From Octopus sinensis (Eukaryota), in contig NC_043018.1 of the NCBI RefSeq assembly GCF_006345805.1, positions 7,936,001 through 8,000,000 of the forward strand: a stretch of DNA of 64,000 bases. The letters are read 5' to 3'. Made by a program: the position numbers and the translations under genes. The first letter of the stretch is position 1. Each line of letters opens with the position of its first letter. This document shows positions 50,625-64,000 of this stretch, in pieces. A model generated the notes under the pieces. It was not told the DNA's origin. It did not search any database and saw nothing but the letters and a program-made list of their open reading frames with translations.

Positions 50625-53600
50625 TGGTAATAATGGAATTTTTTGGAAATTTCTGTCAGCCTTTTTTTCGAGTAGCGTGCGTATTGTAAAAAATTATATG
50701 GTTATGGACAATATGTCCAATTTTCGGCATATGTGGCATTAGAAATTTTTTCGTTTGCCCTTATTTATAAGTTGTTTATAATTTTAACCTTTAAAGGTAT
50801 TTTTTAATATGCTGGCCATTGATAAAATTTTCTTTCAGAAAAATTTTAACCTACATTAAATATATATATATATATATATCATTATCATCATTGTTTAATG
50901 TCTGCTTACAATACTGGCATGGGTTGGACAGTTTTACAAGAGCCAACCAGGTAGAAGACTACCCCAGGCTACTGTGTCTATTTTGGCATGGTTTTTACAG
51001 CTGGATGCCCTTCCAACTGTCAACCACTTCACAATGTGGACTGGATGCATTTTAAGTGGCACCAGCACCAGAAAGGTCACCAACTAACTTGCAAGGCAAG
51101 AGGGGAAGGGGCATTGGAAGAGGTGATCTTGTGTCAGATGATGAAAGGTGAGAGTGTGATGGAGAGACAGAAACAGTGTCTTGCTAAAGAGGAGGAGGTG
51201 ATCATGTATCAGATTATGAAAGGTTAGAGCAGTGGTTTTCAACCAGGGTTCTGCCAGTACAGTCCAGGGGTTCCGCAAGAAGTTACAAAACTGCTAAAAT
51301 CGGCAGTAATTTTAAATTCTCCTCTGCAGGTATGTGTGCATAAAACTATTAAATTATTGCACAGGGGTTCCCCGAGCCAGGGAATGCTTCCTTGGGGTTC
51401 CGCTCCAGCAAAAAGTTTGAAAAGCACTGGGTTAGAGTGTGACAGAAAGTGTATATTTATATGTCTATTAGTGTATATCAGGGTAAATCTTTCTGCAGTG
51501 ATAAGAATTTTTTTCTTTTGTCTGATCTCCATTTATCTCATGGTTGTAGGAAATTTCACCGTAAGCAGTTTTACTGTAGGAAAAATTCACTGTAAAAAAA
51601 AAATAAATAAATTGCAAAAGAAAAAATTACAATGGTAACTTCATCAACAAACCTACTAACTGGAAAAAAGTCATTTCTTTATAATGAGTTTTCTTATTTT
51701 TAGTGTGACTCTTTTATGACAAAACTTCTTACGGCAAATTTTCCCATGGCAAATTTTTTACAGTGGATTCCCACAGAAAATTGCTTACGGAGAATTTTCC
51801 AGACACGTTCACCTACTAAGTCAGACACAAACTGATAACTTAGTGTTTTGTCAATAACCTACTTGGTATGAATGTACTTGACTTTATATACCTCATCACC
51901 GTAGTTACAAATTAAGTTACATCCTTTTGAGTTAACAAATTTGTTTGTTTTGTTTTTTTTATGGCTTTTTAGCAATTATTTTTTTCTGTTATTTTTCTAA
52001 GCAAGATACTATAGCAACTTGCACACACACACACACACACACACACATTTTAAACTGTTGAACCAAATTCCAAAGAAACGACCAACTTTCTGATGGGCAA
52101 ACCTTGACTCCTCATCACACCTAAAACCACTGGCCCCTATCTCCAATTCTTCTATTTGTATTGCAATGATTCCTGATGCTCTGAAATAACATGCTTCCCC
52201 TACTAAGACTAACCAAGACTAACCATTATACTCTATGTTAAAAAATTATTGATTCTTTATCTTGCATTTTGTGAACTAATAGCACTATTGATTACAGGTT
52301 TTCAATGGATCAATCACTGATCCAATACATTTGTGACAGCAAGACACTAACAAGGGTGGAGTTGGTAGTTTACTTCTGTTTGGTGCCTGATGCCAAAAAT
52401 CAAAGAAGTTACATGGGAGATGGGATTGAAAAGACTAAACACAAAGACTTAACGTTTTCATTAAACCCTTTGATTTTTTTTTGCACTTCCTCTTGAAAAG
52501 GAAGTAAAGGTGGGGTGGGGGCTGGAAAATGGCAATGATATAATAATGAATTTATTTATGCAGTGCTCAGGTGCTGTACTACAACTCATCAGAAAAAGTA
52601 ACCAAAACTGCATGAACGGTACGTAGAATATGCACAGGAAGTAAACAATGAATGAGTCGTTTAGAAAACAAAAAAGGACAAAAAAAAAAAAGAACAGGTG
52701 TACTGTTGGTGATGATGGTGATGATGATGATGATGATGATGACAAAGACAGCAGCACCAACAAAAGCAACTTCAGTGATTGATTCTCAGAAAGGCAAGAG
52801 GCCAGAAATAAGTGGCAGGGAGAGTAACAGTCAATTAGATCACCCTCAGTATGTGACTGGTACATTATTTATTTACTCTGAAAGAATGAAGGGCAAAGTT
52901 GATCTTGGTAGGCTGTAATTTTAAATATGCTAAATATTTTGTTGGACATTGTAAAGATTTGACCAATCTAATACAGTGGTGGTGGTGGTGGTGGTGGCAG
53001 TAGTAGTGGTAGTAGTAACGGCAGCAGCATAGTTGTAGTAGTAGTAGTAGTAGTAGTAACAGCAGCAGCATAGTAGTAGTAGTAGTAACAGCAGCAGCAG
53101 CAGCCGTTCAAGGATTTTGACCTGGAGATTTCCATTTCCAGCAACTTCGAGGGGCCACCTCCCAGTGGTGTTGGGCGTCAACAAAGAGCCCTCGACTACA
53201 ACAAGACGACCAAAGTTTTTTTTTTCTTCCAAGGTCTGGTGTCTCCCGCCCCTAAGCCCTAGACCATCACCTAATCACCCTTACCCGCCTTGTTGCTTAA
53301 CAACAACAGCAGCAGCAGTAGCAGTAGTAGTTGTAGTAATAGTAGTAGTGCTCTCTCCAAGCAAATTCGTTACAAAGTAGATGAGAATGGTGAAAATAGA
53401 AAGGAGACCAGTTGAGAAAAAGACAGAGAGAATTTGCCGTCCTTGATGAGGATAATATTGAACTTGTGAGATTCCTTCATTGACACTAGGTGGAAGTTCT
53501 TCATCAGAAACCCTGTATCATCATTTATTCGTAATATTGTGCAATACGTTTTTACCTCGTTTGATTTTTGTCGCTTGATATTTGTGTAACCCTCCACACT

Positions 53601-55794
53601 TGGTGCGTTTGTGGCGAATAAAAGAAACCATCATCACCACCACCACCTACCTCCACTATTACTGTGGCCACCACTACCATAAAGCACTGCCTCCTAACCT
53701 CACCACCCATCACCACCACCATCACCATTGTCCTCCTACGTCTCCCCAAGTTGCTCAGGTCATCAACATCAGTTTACACTTATTTCTTTCATAATTTTCT
53801 CCACCAAAATTTAGACATTTTTGGAGAGAGAACAGAGGATTAAAAACATTTGGATGTTTCTCTTAATGAGGGGAGGCACAGTTATTTTTTTCCTATTGTC
53901 TATATCTAAAGGCTAAATGTTGTTTTAAAAAAACATCAACAAATTTGTTTTTTGATTCAGGAAGACTGGAAGATTGTTAGGAAGCAGCTATGATAGCCAT
54001 GAATGCAGTTAATAAGGAACTAAAGTAGTTATAAGTAACACATATACATAGAACCTATTTAAATTTCCATCACCAGTCTGGAACCCCTATCTTGCCCAGG
54101 ATATTAATCATCTGGAAACCGTTCAGTGACGTGCAACAAAGAGTATACCCTCCATCAGGCATTTGCCTTATTCTGAATGCCTTACTTCCCTGGGCATGGA
54201 CACATTGAAACTCCAATGTCTGGCAGCTGACTTGGCAGACACCCATAAAATTATTAACCATCTTACAAACAATAACTCTGAGCACCTTTTCAAACTCCAC
54301 CCGTCGGCATATTTACAAAGTCAGAAAACAGCACAGCTCCCATGACTTTCGGAAACATTTTTTCACGCTAAGAGTTTCTGAAGCATGGAACAAACTGCCA
54401 GCATCAGTTGTTTGTTGTCGGAGCACTGCATCCTTCAAAACTTCCATGCTTCCTGAGATTCGCCAAAACTACACCTGATTTTCTCCCCTCCATACACACA
54501 CAAGCATGTATCTGACTCATACACTGTTCACTTCCCAGACATTTGTACATTACTGCATATGCTTTATACGCACTTTCTGACAAGTTGTGGTGCACCTGAG
54601 CACTGTATACAATAATTTCATTATTATTATTAAAATTTTGGCCCTGTTACTATGGAAGAGATTCATCATCATCATTGTTGTTGTTGTCGTCATCACTGCC
54701 GCCATCATCATCATCATCATTTAACGTTCTTGCTTCCATGCTGGCATGAGTCAGATGGAATTTTTGTGGGCATGAATTTCTACAGCTGGGTGCCTTTCCT
54801 GACACCAACCCTCACTTGTCTCCAAGCGATGTAATATTTCCTCATGTTTCTCAGGGCAAACTGGAAAAGAACTACATCGCTTGTATAAAGGTGACATCTC
54901 ATAATGTCAGCCATCTAACATTATGTCAAGATCAGAGTCAAAAAAGGTAAAAAAGGTAAAGACCCCTTTTGGTCAGGAATGATCATGGGACTACACCTAA
55001 AAAGTTCCCGTCTGAGGCACAAGTCTGGGCAAGGTTGTTTATGGAAGACCAGCAGCTGCCCACACATATCAACCACTCCATGCCACTGATGTTATCCAAG
55101 GGAAAGGCAAAGGCCAATACAACTTGGCATCAGTGACATTGCAACTCATTTCTACAGCTAACATGAATTAAAGTGTCTTGCTCAAGAACACAACACTCGG
55201 CTCAGTCTGAGAATCAAACTCACCACCACATGATTGTGAGCCTGACACTTTAACCACTGAGCTATGTGCCTTCACATAAAAGCACTGCCTATCAAGACAA
55301 GAGTATACACCAATATGCGATGGGCTTCTTTCAGTTACCATCTATCATATCCACTTAAGTGGAGGCACGTGGCTTAGAGTGCTGGTCTCATGATTGCAGG
55401 ATTGTGGTTTCTGTTCCTGGACAAGGCAATGCGTTGTGTTCTTGAGCAAAACACTTCATTTCATGTTGCTCCAGTCCACTCAGCTGGCAAAAATGAGTAA
55501 TCCTGCTATGGACCAGCACCCCATATGGAAACTTGGAAACCAGGCTTTATGAGTTGGTATGACTCGAGAAGGTAACTTTACCTTTTCATATCCACTTAAG
55601 ATACTGTAGACAACTTGAAGCTACAACAGAAGATGCTTATCCAATGTGTTACACAGTGAGACTGAACCTGAGACCACCTGTTTGGGAAGTAAACTTCTTA
55701 ACCACACAGCCATGCCTGCATCAATGTAAGAAATTATGAATTTTAAATTAATTATGTAATAATTAAAATTATCATTTTCAATTTATGTTCACAG

Positions 55795-55889
55795 GTAACA
55801 ACATAATACCACCTCCAATTCCTCCAATACGTAAAAAAGATAGCCAGCACATAACGAGGGAACAGAATAAATTTAGTTCAGAGGCAAAT
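55795..55889 (+). CDS. Exon E1' (copy of E1)
   Basis: Identical to 34376-34470. Confidence 0.65.
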
Positions 55890-57034
55890 GTAAGTTTATT
55901 TATGGTTGTTGTAGTTTTTGTTCAGCCCTGGTCAGCTCTGATAGAGAAGATTAAGGACCAAAGATATTCCAGCCATGACTGCTTCACCTTTTTCTGTACC
56001 CAGGATTTGAGTATTTAATACATCCTTCCTTTTTCACGACAATCGGTTGTGATTTTGGACAATAGGGTGTGATTTTGTTTCTTATTTCTAGCACATCAAA
56101 CAACCACATTATACTGTCCTCATCCAAATGCAGCACATGTTTTCACCGGTGCAGTCTTCTTTCTTGCGCACTACGCTTGATTCCTTTTATGCTCAGGTTT
56201 TCTTTCAGCATATTTATGCTACGTTGTTCATGTACGTTAACATTGCACATCAAACAAATCAAGCTCACTTTATTTCTTTCCAGTCTTCTCATGCCCTCTG
56301 CATTCAAGGCCCATGTCTCACTACCATGCAGCACTGCAGTTCTAACACAAGCCTCATACAATCTGCCGTTAACTTTTAGAGAAATCCTTTGTTGCCAACA
56401 GGCTCCAGTCTTGATCTGGCAGAGTTTCTACAGCTGGATGCACTTCCTAACACCAACCACTCCAAGAGTGCAGTGGGTGGTTTTATGTTCCACTAGCACG
56501 AGGGCCAATCAGGCGGTACTTGCCTTGACATGAAATTTCCCGGTTTCCATAGGATAGATATTGCCCACCGGTATGAGGTGTCGGTCCATAGCAGGATTAC
56601 TCAGTTTTGCCAGCTGAGTGGGCTGGAGCAACATGAAATTTGTTCGGCCCTTTTCTTACTCTGGTTACAATTCTTTCAGAGGAACTACCTCCCTTGTTAA
56701 TTACATTTCCAAGGTAACAAAAGCTTCCAACTACTTCTAGTGAGCCATCTGAGCGACTCAGAGAGTCTATTTCCTGAGTCTGCTTCCTGTATGCTCATAG
56801 TGTATCTACTGCTCCAGTACATCTATCACATACAAAGTTTATGTTCTCTGCGAGTCTGTCTGTGACTCCATCATGTCACTCCTTCTGGAATCTTTGTTAG
56901 CAGCTATATGTAATCAATAAGAATCAAAATGTATGAGTGGCTGTTCTCCCACTTTGTGGGCACACACGCACACACATAAATTGTTTATAATGAATGTGAC
57001 ACATGGTGTTGGTTAAAAAACCAACAGATATAGG

Positions 57035-57111
<77 letters not shown>

Positions 57112-60100
57112 GTAAGTGTGTGTGTATATGTTTGTGTGTCTGTGTTTGTCCTCCCAACATCGCTTGACAACCAGTGCTGGTGTGTTTACGTCCCCATAAC
57201 TTATCGGTTCGGCAAAAGAGACCGATAGAATAAGTACTAGGCTTACAAAGAATAAGTCCTGGGGTCGATTTGCTCGACTAGAGGCAGTGCTCCAGCATGG
57301 CCACAGTCAAATGACTGAAACAAGTAAAGAAAAAGAAAAGAATATGTACTATAGCAATGAAACAAAAAATCTGTTGCCACACCAGTTTTATATATCATCA
57401 ACATCATCATATAATGTCCGTTTTCCACGCTAGCATGGGTTGGACAGTTCAACCGGGGTCTGAGAAGCCAGGAGGCTGCACCAGGCTCCAGTCTGATCTG
57501 GCAGTGTTTCTACAGCTGGATGCCCTTCCTAACGCCAACCACTCCGTGAGTGTAGTGGGTGCTTTTTACGTGCCACTGGCACAGGGGCCAGATGAGGCTG
57601 GCAAACGGCCACGATCGGATGGTGCTTTTACATGTCACCGACACGGATACCAGTCAGGCGGCGCTGGCAACTAACACGTTTGGATGGTGCTTTTAACCTG
57701 TCACTGGCATGGGTATCTTAACTACAATTTCCATTTGATTTTCATTTTGATGTTGGTGTTAACGTACCTGACTCAACAGGTCTCCTCAAGAACAGCGGGT
57801 CACTCTATGATCCAAGGTTAGCACAGCAGGCCATCCTACGAGCCATGGACTCCCTTCATTTGTCGGGTCTTCAAAGTCACAGCATATCTCCAGAGGTCTC
57901 GGTCTTTCGTCATAGCCTCTGTGAGGCTCAACATACGAAGGTCATACTTGACCACCTCATCCTCGTATTTTTTTTACATACACGCACACATGCACATACA
58001 TATTCACGCACACACACAGACACATAATTATGAGAGGAAAACACTAAGCATGAATTCAGTATTGCTTTTATTTCATCTGTTACACATGTTTCTGCAATTA
58101 ATGTTTGATGATGGCAAATGATAAATGCAATTCATAAAGAACATTTGATCACACAGAGGCAAGGTGCCGCCAGTTTGATAATTTTGTCATGCACCTAACA
58201 CAAGCATCTGTTTCCACTTTGTGTGTGTATATATGTATGTGTGTATATGCATGTCCTTTCTGTTTTAATCTTTTCATGTTTATACATACTGGAACATAAA
58301 AGTCAATGTGGAACTCTTAAGAAAACAGTAGCAGTCATACATCTGTTTCTACACACATATACTATCTATATACATAATTCAAAGTCAGAGGGTAAGAAAG
58401 TAAAACCTTTGTCTATATATGTATATATATATATATATGCCGGTGGCACATAAAAAGCACCATTTGAGCGTGATCATTACCAGCATCGCTTTACTGGCAC
58501 TTGTGCCAGTGGCACATGAAAGACAACATTCAAGCGAGGTCGTTGTCAGTGCCACTGTTGTTTGTTCCTTCTCAAGCCATGCCTGGCTCATAAGGGCCGG
58601 TTTCCTTGGCGTATAGGTTCCCCACCTGGACGGGACGCCGGTCTGTCGCAGGTGAGCTCAAGATACAGGAGGAAAGAGAAAGAGAAAGTTGTGGCGAAAG
58701 AATCAGCAGACATTTCACCATTACCTTCTGCCGGAGCTGCATGGAGCTTAGGTGTTTCGCTCATAAACACACACATCGCCCGGCCTGAGATTCGAACCCG
58801 CGATCCCTCGACCGGGAGTCCGCTGCTCTAAACACTAGGCCATGTGCCTCCACTCAGTGCCGCTAGACTGGTTCCAGTGCAGGTGGCATGTAAAAAACAC
58901 CATTTGAGCATGGCCGTTGCTAGTACCGCCTGACTGGCCCTCATGCCGGTGGCGCGTAAAGCACCTGCTACACTCTCGGAGTGGTTGGTGTTAGGAAGGG
59001 CATCCGGCTGTAGAAACTCTGCCAAATCAAGATTGGAGCCTGGTGCAGCCATCTGGTTCACCAGACCTCAGTCAAATCGTCCAACCCATGCCAGCATGGA
59101 AAGCGGACATTAAACAATGATGATGATGATGATGATGATGATATATATATTATAAAATAATGAAGGTAACTAAACGCAATATAAAACTAAAAAGGAAAAA
59201 ATTCAATTGTCACTAATGGTGCAGGGTAGCACCTACATTGCTAGAAATAAAAGCTTTAAAACCCTTAAAGCTGCAAGGAAACACTTTCCATAGATTGACA
59301 GGGGAGACAATAGCGAGATCACTATACAAGTCTAGTTTTGTTTAAGATTAAAGCTCATCAGTGGTGACTATTCCATCGCTGGATGGTTTGGCTAAATCCT
59401 GACTGTCAGTGGTATATATATATATATATATCATCATCATCATCATCATCGTTTAACGTCCGTTCTCCATGCTAGCATGGGTTGGACGGTTCGACCGGGG
59501 TTCTGGGAAGCCAGAAGGCTGCACCAGGCTCCAGTCTAATCTGGCAATGTTTCTACAGCTGGATGCCCTTCCTAACATATATATATATATATGTATATAT
59601 TGTCATCATCATAAATCTCTCTATATAAAGCTGAAGTTGTCTGTGTATGGCAGGTTTGGTAGCCTTCAACTAACACTATCTCCTCCGAGACCCTGCGGCA
59701 CAAGTTGACCAAAATTGAGAGTATGATAGAAGAAGGTGTGCTCTTCCTTCAGTAGAAGAAAAAATTCAAATTGGACCATGTTAACACCAAAATTTATTTA
59801 CATCAAAAAGGTGTTTTTTTTCTATGAAAATCCCTATTTTTTACGATTTTTTGACTGCTGTGTCGTCATTTTTCGGTGTATTTCAACCAGAAAAATGTTC
59901 ACTTAAAGAGAGTAACAAGCTACATAATGCAAAATGTTTACTTTTCAAAAATTCCAATTCTAAAGAGTCGAAAAGAAAACAAGCCCAAGCAACGCTGGGC
60001 TATACTGCTAGTATGTATAGATAAATATTATATGTATGTATGCACGTGAAAGGATCAAAATAGAAAGGACACACTAATTTGTAGATGCAGAAAAAGACAG

Positions 60101-60407
60101 GCAGGTCATGACTGGAAAGCTGGAATTCCTTTAATTATAGGTTGTTGACTCAATCAGAGTGACCTAGGGCTAAACTACAATAACAATATTATAAATCAAA
60201 TTAACTGAAAAGCATTGGAGTATCAAACTAAACTTATTTAGTTTCCATTCTTCAAGTGCCCGGTTCAAATTTTCCCTGGCTTCACTTGATTTTCCAGTGT
60301 AAAGGGTTGATCAGAATCAATTTAATTTGCAATTTATCTCCAAATTTGGGAAACTCATGGAAAGGGACAAAATCATTATCGTATATATTATTTTCATTTC
60401 TTCTCAG

Positions 60408-60492
60408 AGCAGACAATTTTCCAAAGATCCTAATAAAGCCCCTGAAAGTTTATCACAAGCATTCTCAAAACTGAGACCAGTTGCAACTAGTT
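60408..60492 (+). CDS. Exon F1' (copy of F1)
   Basis: Identical to 38993-39077. Confidence 0.65.
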
Positions 60493-63154
60493 GTAAGGAA
60501 GATGATGAAGGTTGGTAAATATTTCTTTCCAATTCCTATAAAAGTGCTATCAACTTTATATTATCCATGGATAATTTTTTCTCAGCTTAACGATCAAGCT
60601 TGTTACCTTGCCCCAGTTTTTTTTTTTTTTTTATGGAGGTTTCAACAAAACCAAAGGCCCCTGAGATCTTAACTGAAAACCTCAATTAATATATGCACCT
60701 GTTACCATTTTATATTTCTTTAATCTGGTACCGAACTCCTTGGTTTTCAGATGACCGATAGCATAACTGACATCATTCCAATACGCAGACACTGCTTTCG
60801 TCTTAGTTAAGTGCCTTTCTTAAGATATCTTTGACAACAACGGCTCCGATGTGAAAGAAAGGGGTGTGACAAAATAAGCAGAGCAGATGATGAAACATCT
60901 TGGAGTATTCTGGTCCATCTCTTTATGTTGAGACTTCAAATAAATTTAAATATTAATGAGATATTGAATTAGATATAATTGGTAGTTCCTTCTACTCAAA
61001 ATTTTCTGGTCTTGGCATTGAACAAGTACATACACAACAGTTTCATTGCTCTGCACACATTTGGGACAAGTACATTCAATGGAACTCCTATGTCTGTAGA
61101 GTTTGTCTCAAACTGATGGCATCCTTTGGTAGCACTGGTTGTCCAAGAAGTTTTGGAAATTATCCATAGTAATCCCCAATTGGAAAGTCCTCTGAAACAG
61201 ACTCACCAGTTTGCTTTTGGTGTTACCCAGAATCTCCTTTAGAACTTTGTCACTAATCCCTTATAGATTCTCATGTTAAAATGCACAGGCCTTAACTCTG
61301 ACAATGCAACTTTCATGTTTCACCTTGAAAAAATGGTCAAAGGCATGCTTGCCATTAGCATGTTGGTTGTGATGCCTTTACTAATTGCCTCTTCTAGATC
61401 GCTAGCTCATTCTCCCTCTGAACTATTTCTGTTGCTAGCTTTTTGCTAAACATATCAATTCTGCTTTAATCACACTCTTCAGGATGCTCCATCACCAGCT
61501 TCATTAATTACAGCTTAACGAGTACATAGATCTGATTCCTGTAGCTTTTGCATGCTGGTAGGAATGCACTCAACTTCCAATGAACAATTCCCTGTCTAGA
61601 GTCTTATCTAAATCAACTGAGTAAATCACAAATTTGTGGTCTGTGTAGCCAACCAGCTTGAACTGTGGACATTCGATGCCATCCCTGCCCCCTGCCACAA
61701 CAAATACTTTATCTAGATATGATCTGGATGACCCACTGTGGTTGATCCATATCCATACTGTCACATCAAGGAAATCTAGCTGGTACCTATCAAAACGTTG
61801 GAAACAGTGCAAGTTTTTGAGACTTCTGCACCTCTTTCTCCTATGTGTTAACTCTTCCACAGTCATTATATACATCTAGAAGACAATTCCACTCACCCAC
61901 TTATACTAAAGGGCAAGATGTTCCAAGGAAACTTTCTAGATGCCTGAAGAAATTAGGCCGATTTGTTCTGGTCTGAGCATAGATGGCCACCAGTCTGAAG
62001 GGTCCACTTTCCCTGCCATTCATGTCCAGGATCACCAAATTACCATTCAGGTTCAGGAAGATTCTTCGTATTTCAAGGTTCAAGGATTTCCAGAACAGCA
62101 CTGCTACCCCACCACTCAAACTCAACAAACCGCAGGATAGGAAAATTTTGTAAGCATTGGAAATGGGTGTCAGGTTGTGTGGTGCTCCAGAAATCTTTGT
62201 CTCACTAATGGCTGACACATCTATATCCAGCGACTTGAATTCATTGAGCAAGCGACCCTGCTTCCAAACTAAATCCAGGCCCTGAATGTTTACACAACAT
62301 ATTCTAAGTGTAGCCTTTTAGGCAAGAGACACCGACCCCCTTATTCCTTATTCCTGCCAACATTACCACCACACCGTACTCCCACAACTGTTCCCACCAC
62401 TGTACTCTCATCACCACATCCACCGGCTTTATTCTCCTCCACTCCCAGCTGTCATCAACATCATTGTTCGACCGTGGTCAAGACAATGGAATTTACCATG
62501 CTACGCCAGACTTCACGGTCCATCATGGCATTATGGAGGTCCTGTTGCTGGATGCCTGTATCCCTGGAGATTACATCAGGGTAGGAGAGTGCGCGCCCTC
62601 TGGTATTGCGAGTAGATGGCTTCCAGAGGAGAAGAGGAGAAATTACCTCGTTTTCAGCTCTACCACAATGTCCAGCAAACTGGACTCTCCTACCTTTCAC
62701 AAGAGATGACACAGGTGCTAGTTTCCCATATATTTGTACTTTGGTTGGATGACGCTTCCACGAGAGATTTTGAGCTCTCATAAGGAGGCGAGTGTAGGTT
62801 CCATCCAACCGCCTCTCAAGCTTCTTTGATAACGTCCAGGTTTCTGCGTCATATAGTAGAATTGGTTCGACTGTGGCTGTTCTCATCATTAACATCAGTG
62901 ATCCATAAATTTACACCATTTTTTAATAAATTTTCTCCACTAAAGTTACCTAGACATTTTTGGAGAGAAAAAAAGGATTAGAACCTTTGAATGTCTCTCC
63001 TAATCAGGCTGGGCACAGTTATCTTTCCCTATCGTCTATATTTAAAGGAGAAATGTTATTAAAAATGTCAACAAACTTGTTTGAGGCAGGAAGATTGTTA
63101 TGGAGCAGCTGTGATAGCCATGAATGCAGTTAATAAGGAACTAAAGTAGATATA

Positions 63155-63223
<69 letters not shown>

Positions 63224-64000
63224 AATATAAATAATGGCGGCGAGCTGGCAGAAACGTTAGCACGCCGGGCGAAATGCGTAGCCGTATTTCGTCTGTCATT
63301 ACGTTGTGAGTTCAAATTCCGCCGAGGCCGACTTTGCCTTTCATCCTTTCGGGGGGTTGATAAATAAAGTACCAGTTATGCACTGGAGTCGATGTAAACG
63401 ACTTAATCCCTTTGTCTGTCCTTGTTTGTCCCCTCTATGTTTAGCCCCTTGTGGGCAATAAAGAAATATATATATATATATATATAGAACTCATTTAAAA
63501 TTTTGGCCTTGTCAGTATGGAAGAAAGTCATCATCATTGTTGTTGTTGTTGTTGTTGCATCATTGTCATTTCATCACCATCATCATCATCGTCATTTAAC
63601 ATTCACATTCCTATGCTGGTACAAGTCTAGTGGAATTTTTTTGAGGCATGCTTTTCTGTTGTTGGGTACCCTTCTTGTCACTAACCCTCACCTGTTTTCC
63701 ATGCAGCGTAAGATTTTCCCATGATTCTCAGCAAACTGGAAAAGGACGACGTTGGTTGTATGATGGTTACGCTCATTTACAACCATCGCATGAAGTCAAG
63801 ACAAAGATACATACAAATACACACACATACACGTATGCACATATATATATGCATGCACACACACACAAACATATACATGAATATAACTGCCTTTCGGATG
63901 TACAAATTTTAATATACACCAGTAATGACATTCTCACTGCTATTGCCTTCTCTGTATATTGCATAAATGTAAATTTTTTTCCCCAAATAAATTCCACTTC

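Larger units (their letters stand above)
5243..60492 (+). other. Partial multi-exon gene model (13 exons in window): Tyr-motif/Pro-rich adaptor-like protein; 5' and 3' ends outside window
   Basis: All exons have pyrimidine-tract AG acceptors and GT donors, and phases chain (2|1,1|0,0|1,1|1,1|1,1|0,0|1,1|0,0|1*,1|1,1|1,1|0,0|1). Spliced peptide: IYQDMSLENGPDGSSDDGWSDDHFSEVDSSGNELDYDYPTQRYLELNELKYPEKLSTSPALSPQKLSTSPALPPRNNIIPPPIPPIRKK... One exon (44190-44270) needs a 1-nt correction. Confidence 0.75.
46738..64000. repeat. Unit 2 of the tandem duplication (runs past window end; matches ~25313-42590)
   Basis: Near-identical sequence with scattered substitutions and 1-nt indels. Confidence 0.95.

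Overview
AT-rich, repeat-dense eukaryotic DNA. The SINE families and (TA)n/(CA)n microsatellites look like octopus (coleoid cephalopod); this is recognition, not a database hit. Nearly all ORF-track entries are spurious microsatellite or SINE frames. Main content: (1) Thirteen short + strand exons of one large gene, found from splice signals and phase continuity. They encode an acidic Tyr-motif region (YQDM, WSDDHF, YDYP, YLEL) followed by repeated Pro-rich SH3-ligand modules, resembling a SLP-76/BLNK/SH3BP2-type adaptor. The exons were multiplied by nested duplications: a ~1.1 kb microexon duplication, an older two-exon module duplication, and a near-identical ~21.4 kb tandem duplication (25.3-46.7 kb repeated from 46.7 kb to the window end). 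(2) A young 5'-truncated Penelope-like retroelement (RT + GIY-YIG, - strand, 21.7-25.3 kb) inside a ~780 bp inverted repeat that also includes host flank. (3) Several type I hammerhead ribozyme motifs in microsatellite-adjacent Penelope-type fragments. (4) A 5S rRNA pseudogene and a ~285 bp palindrome. (5) Many SINEs, CR1/RTE/L1-type LINE fragments, non-autonomous Helitrons, mariner, hAT and piggyBac-type MITEs. Coordinates were counted by hand; repeat boundaries are approximate.
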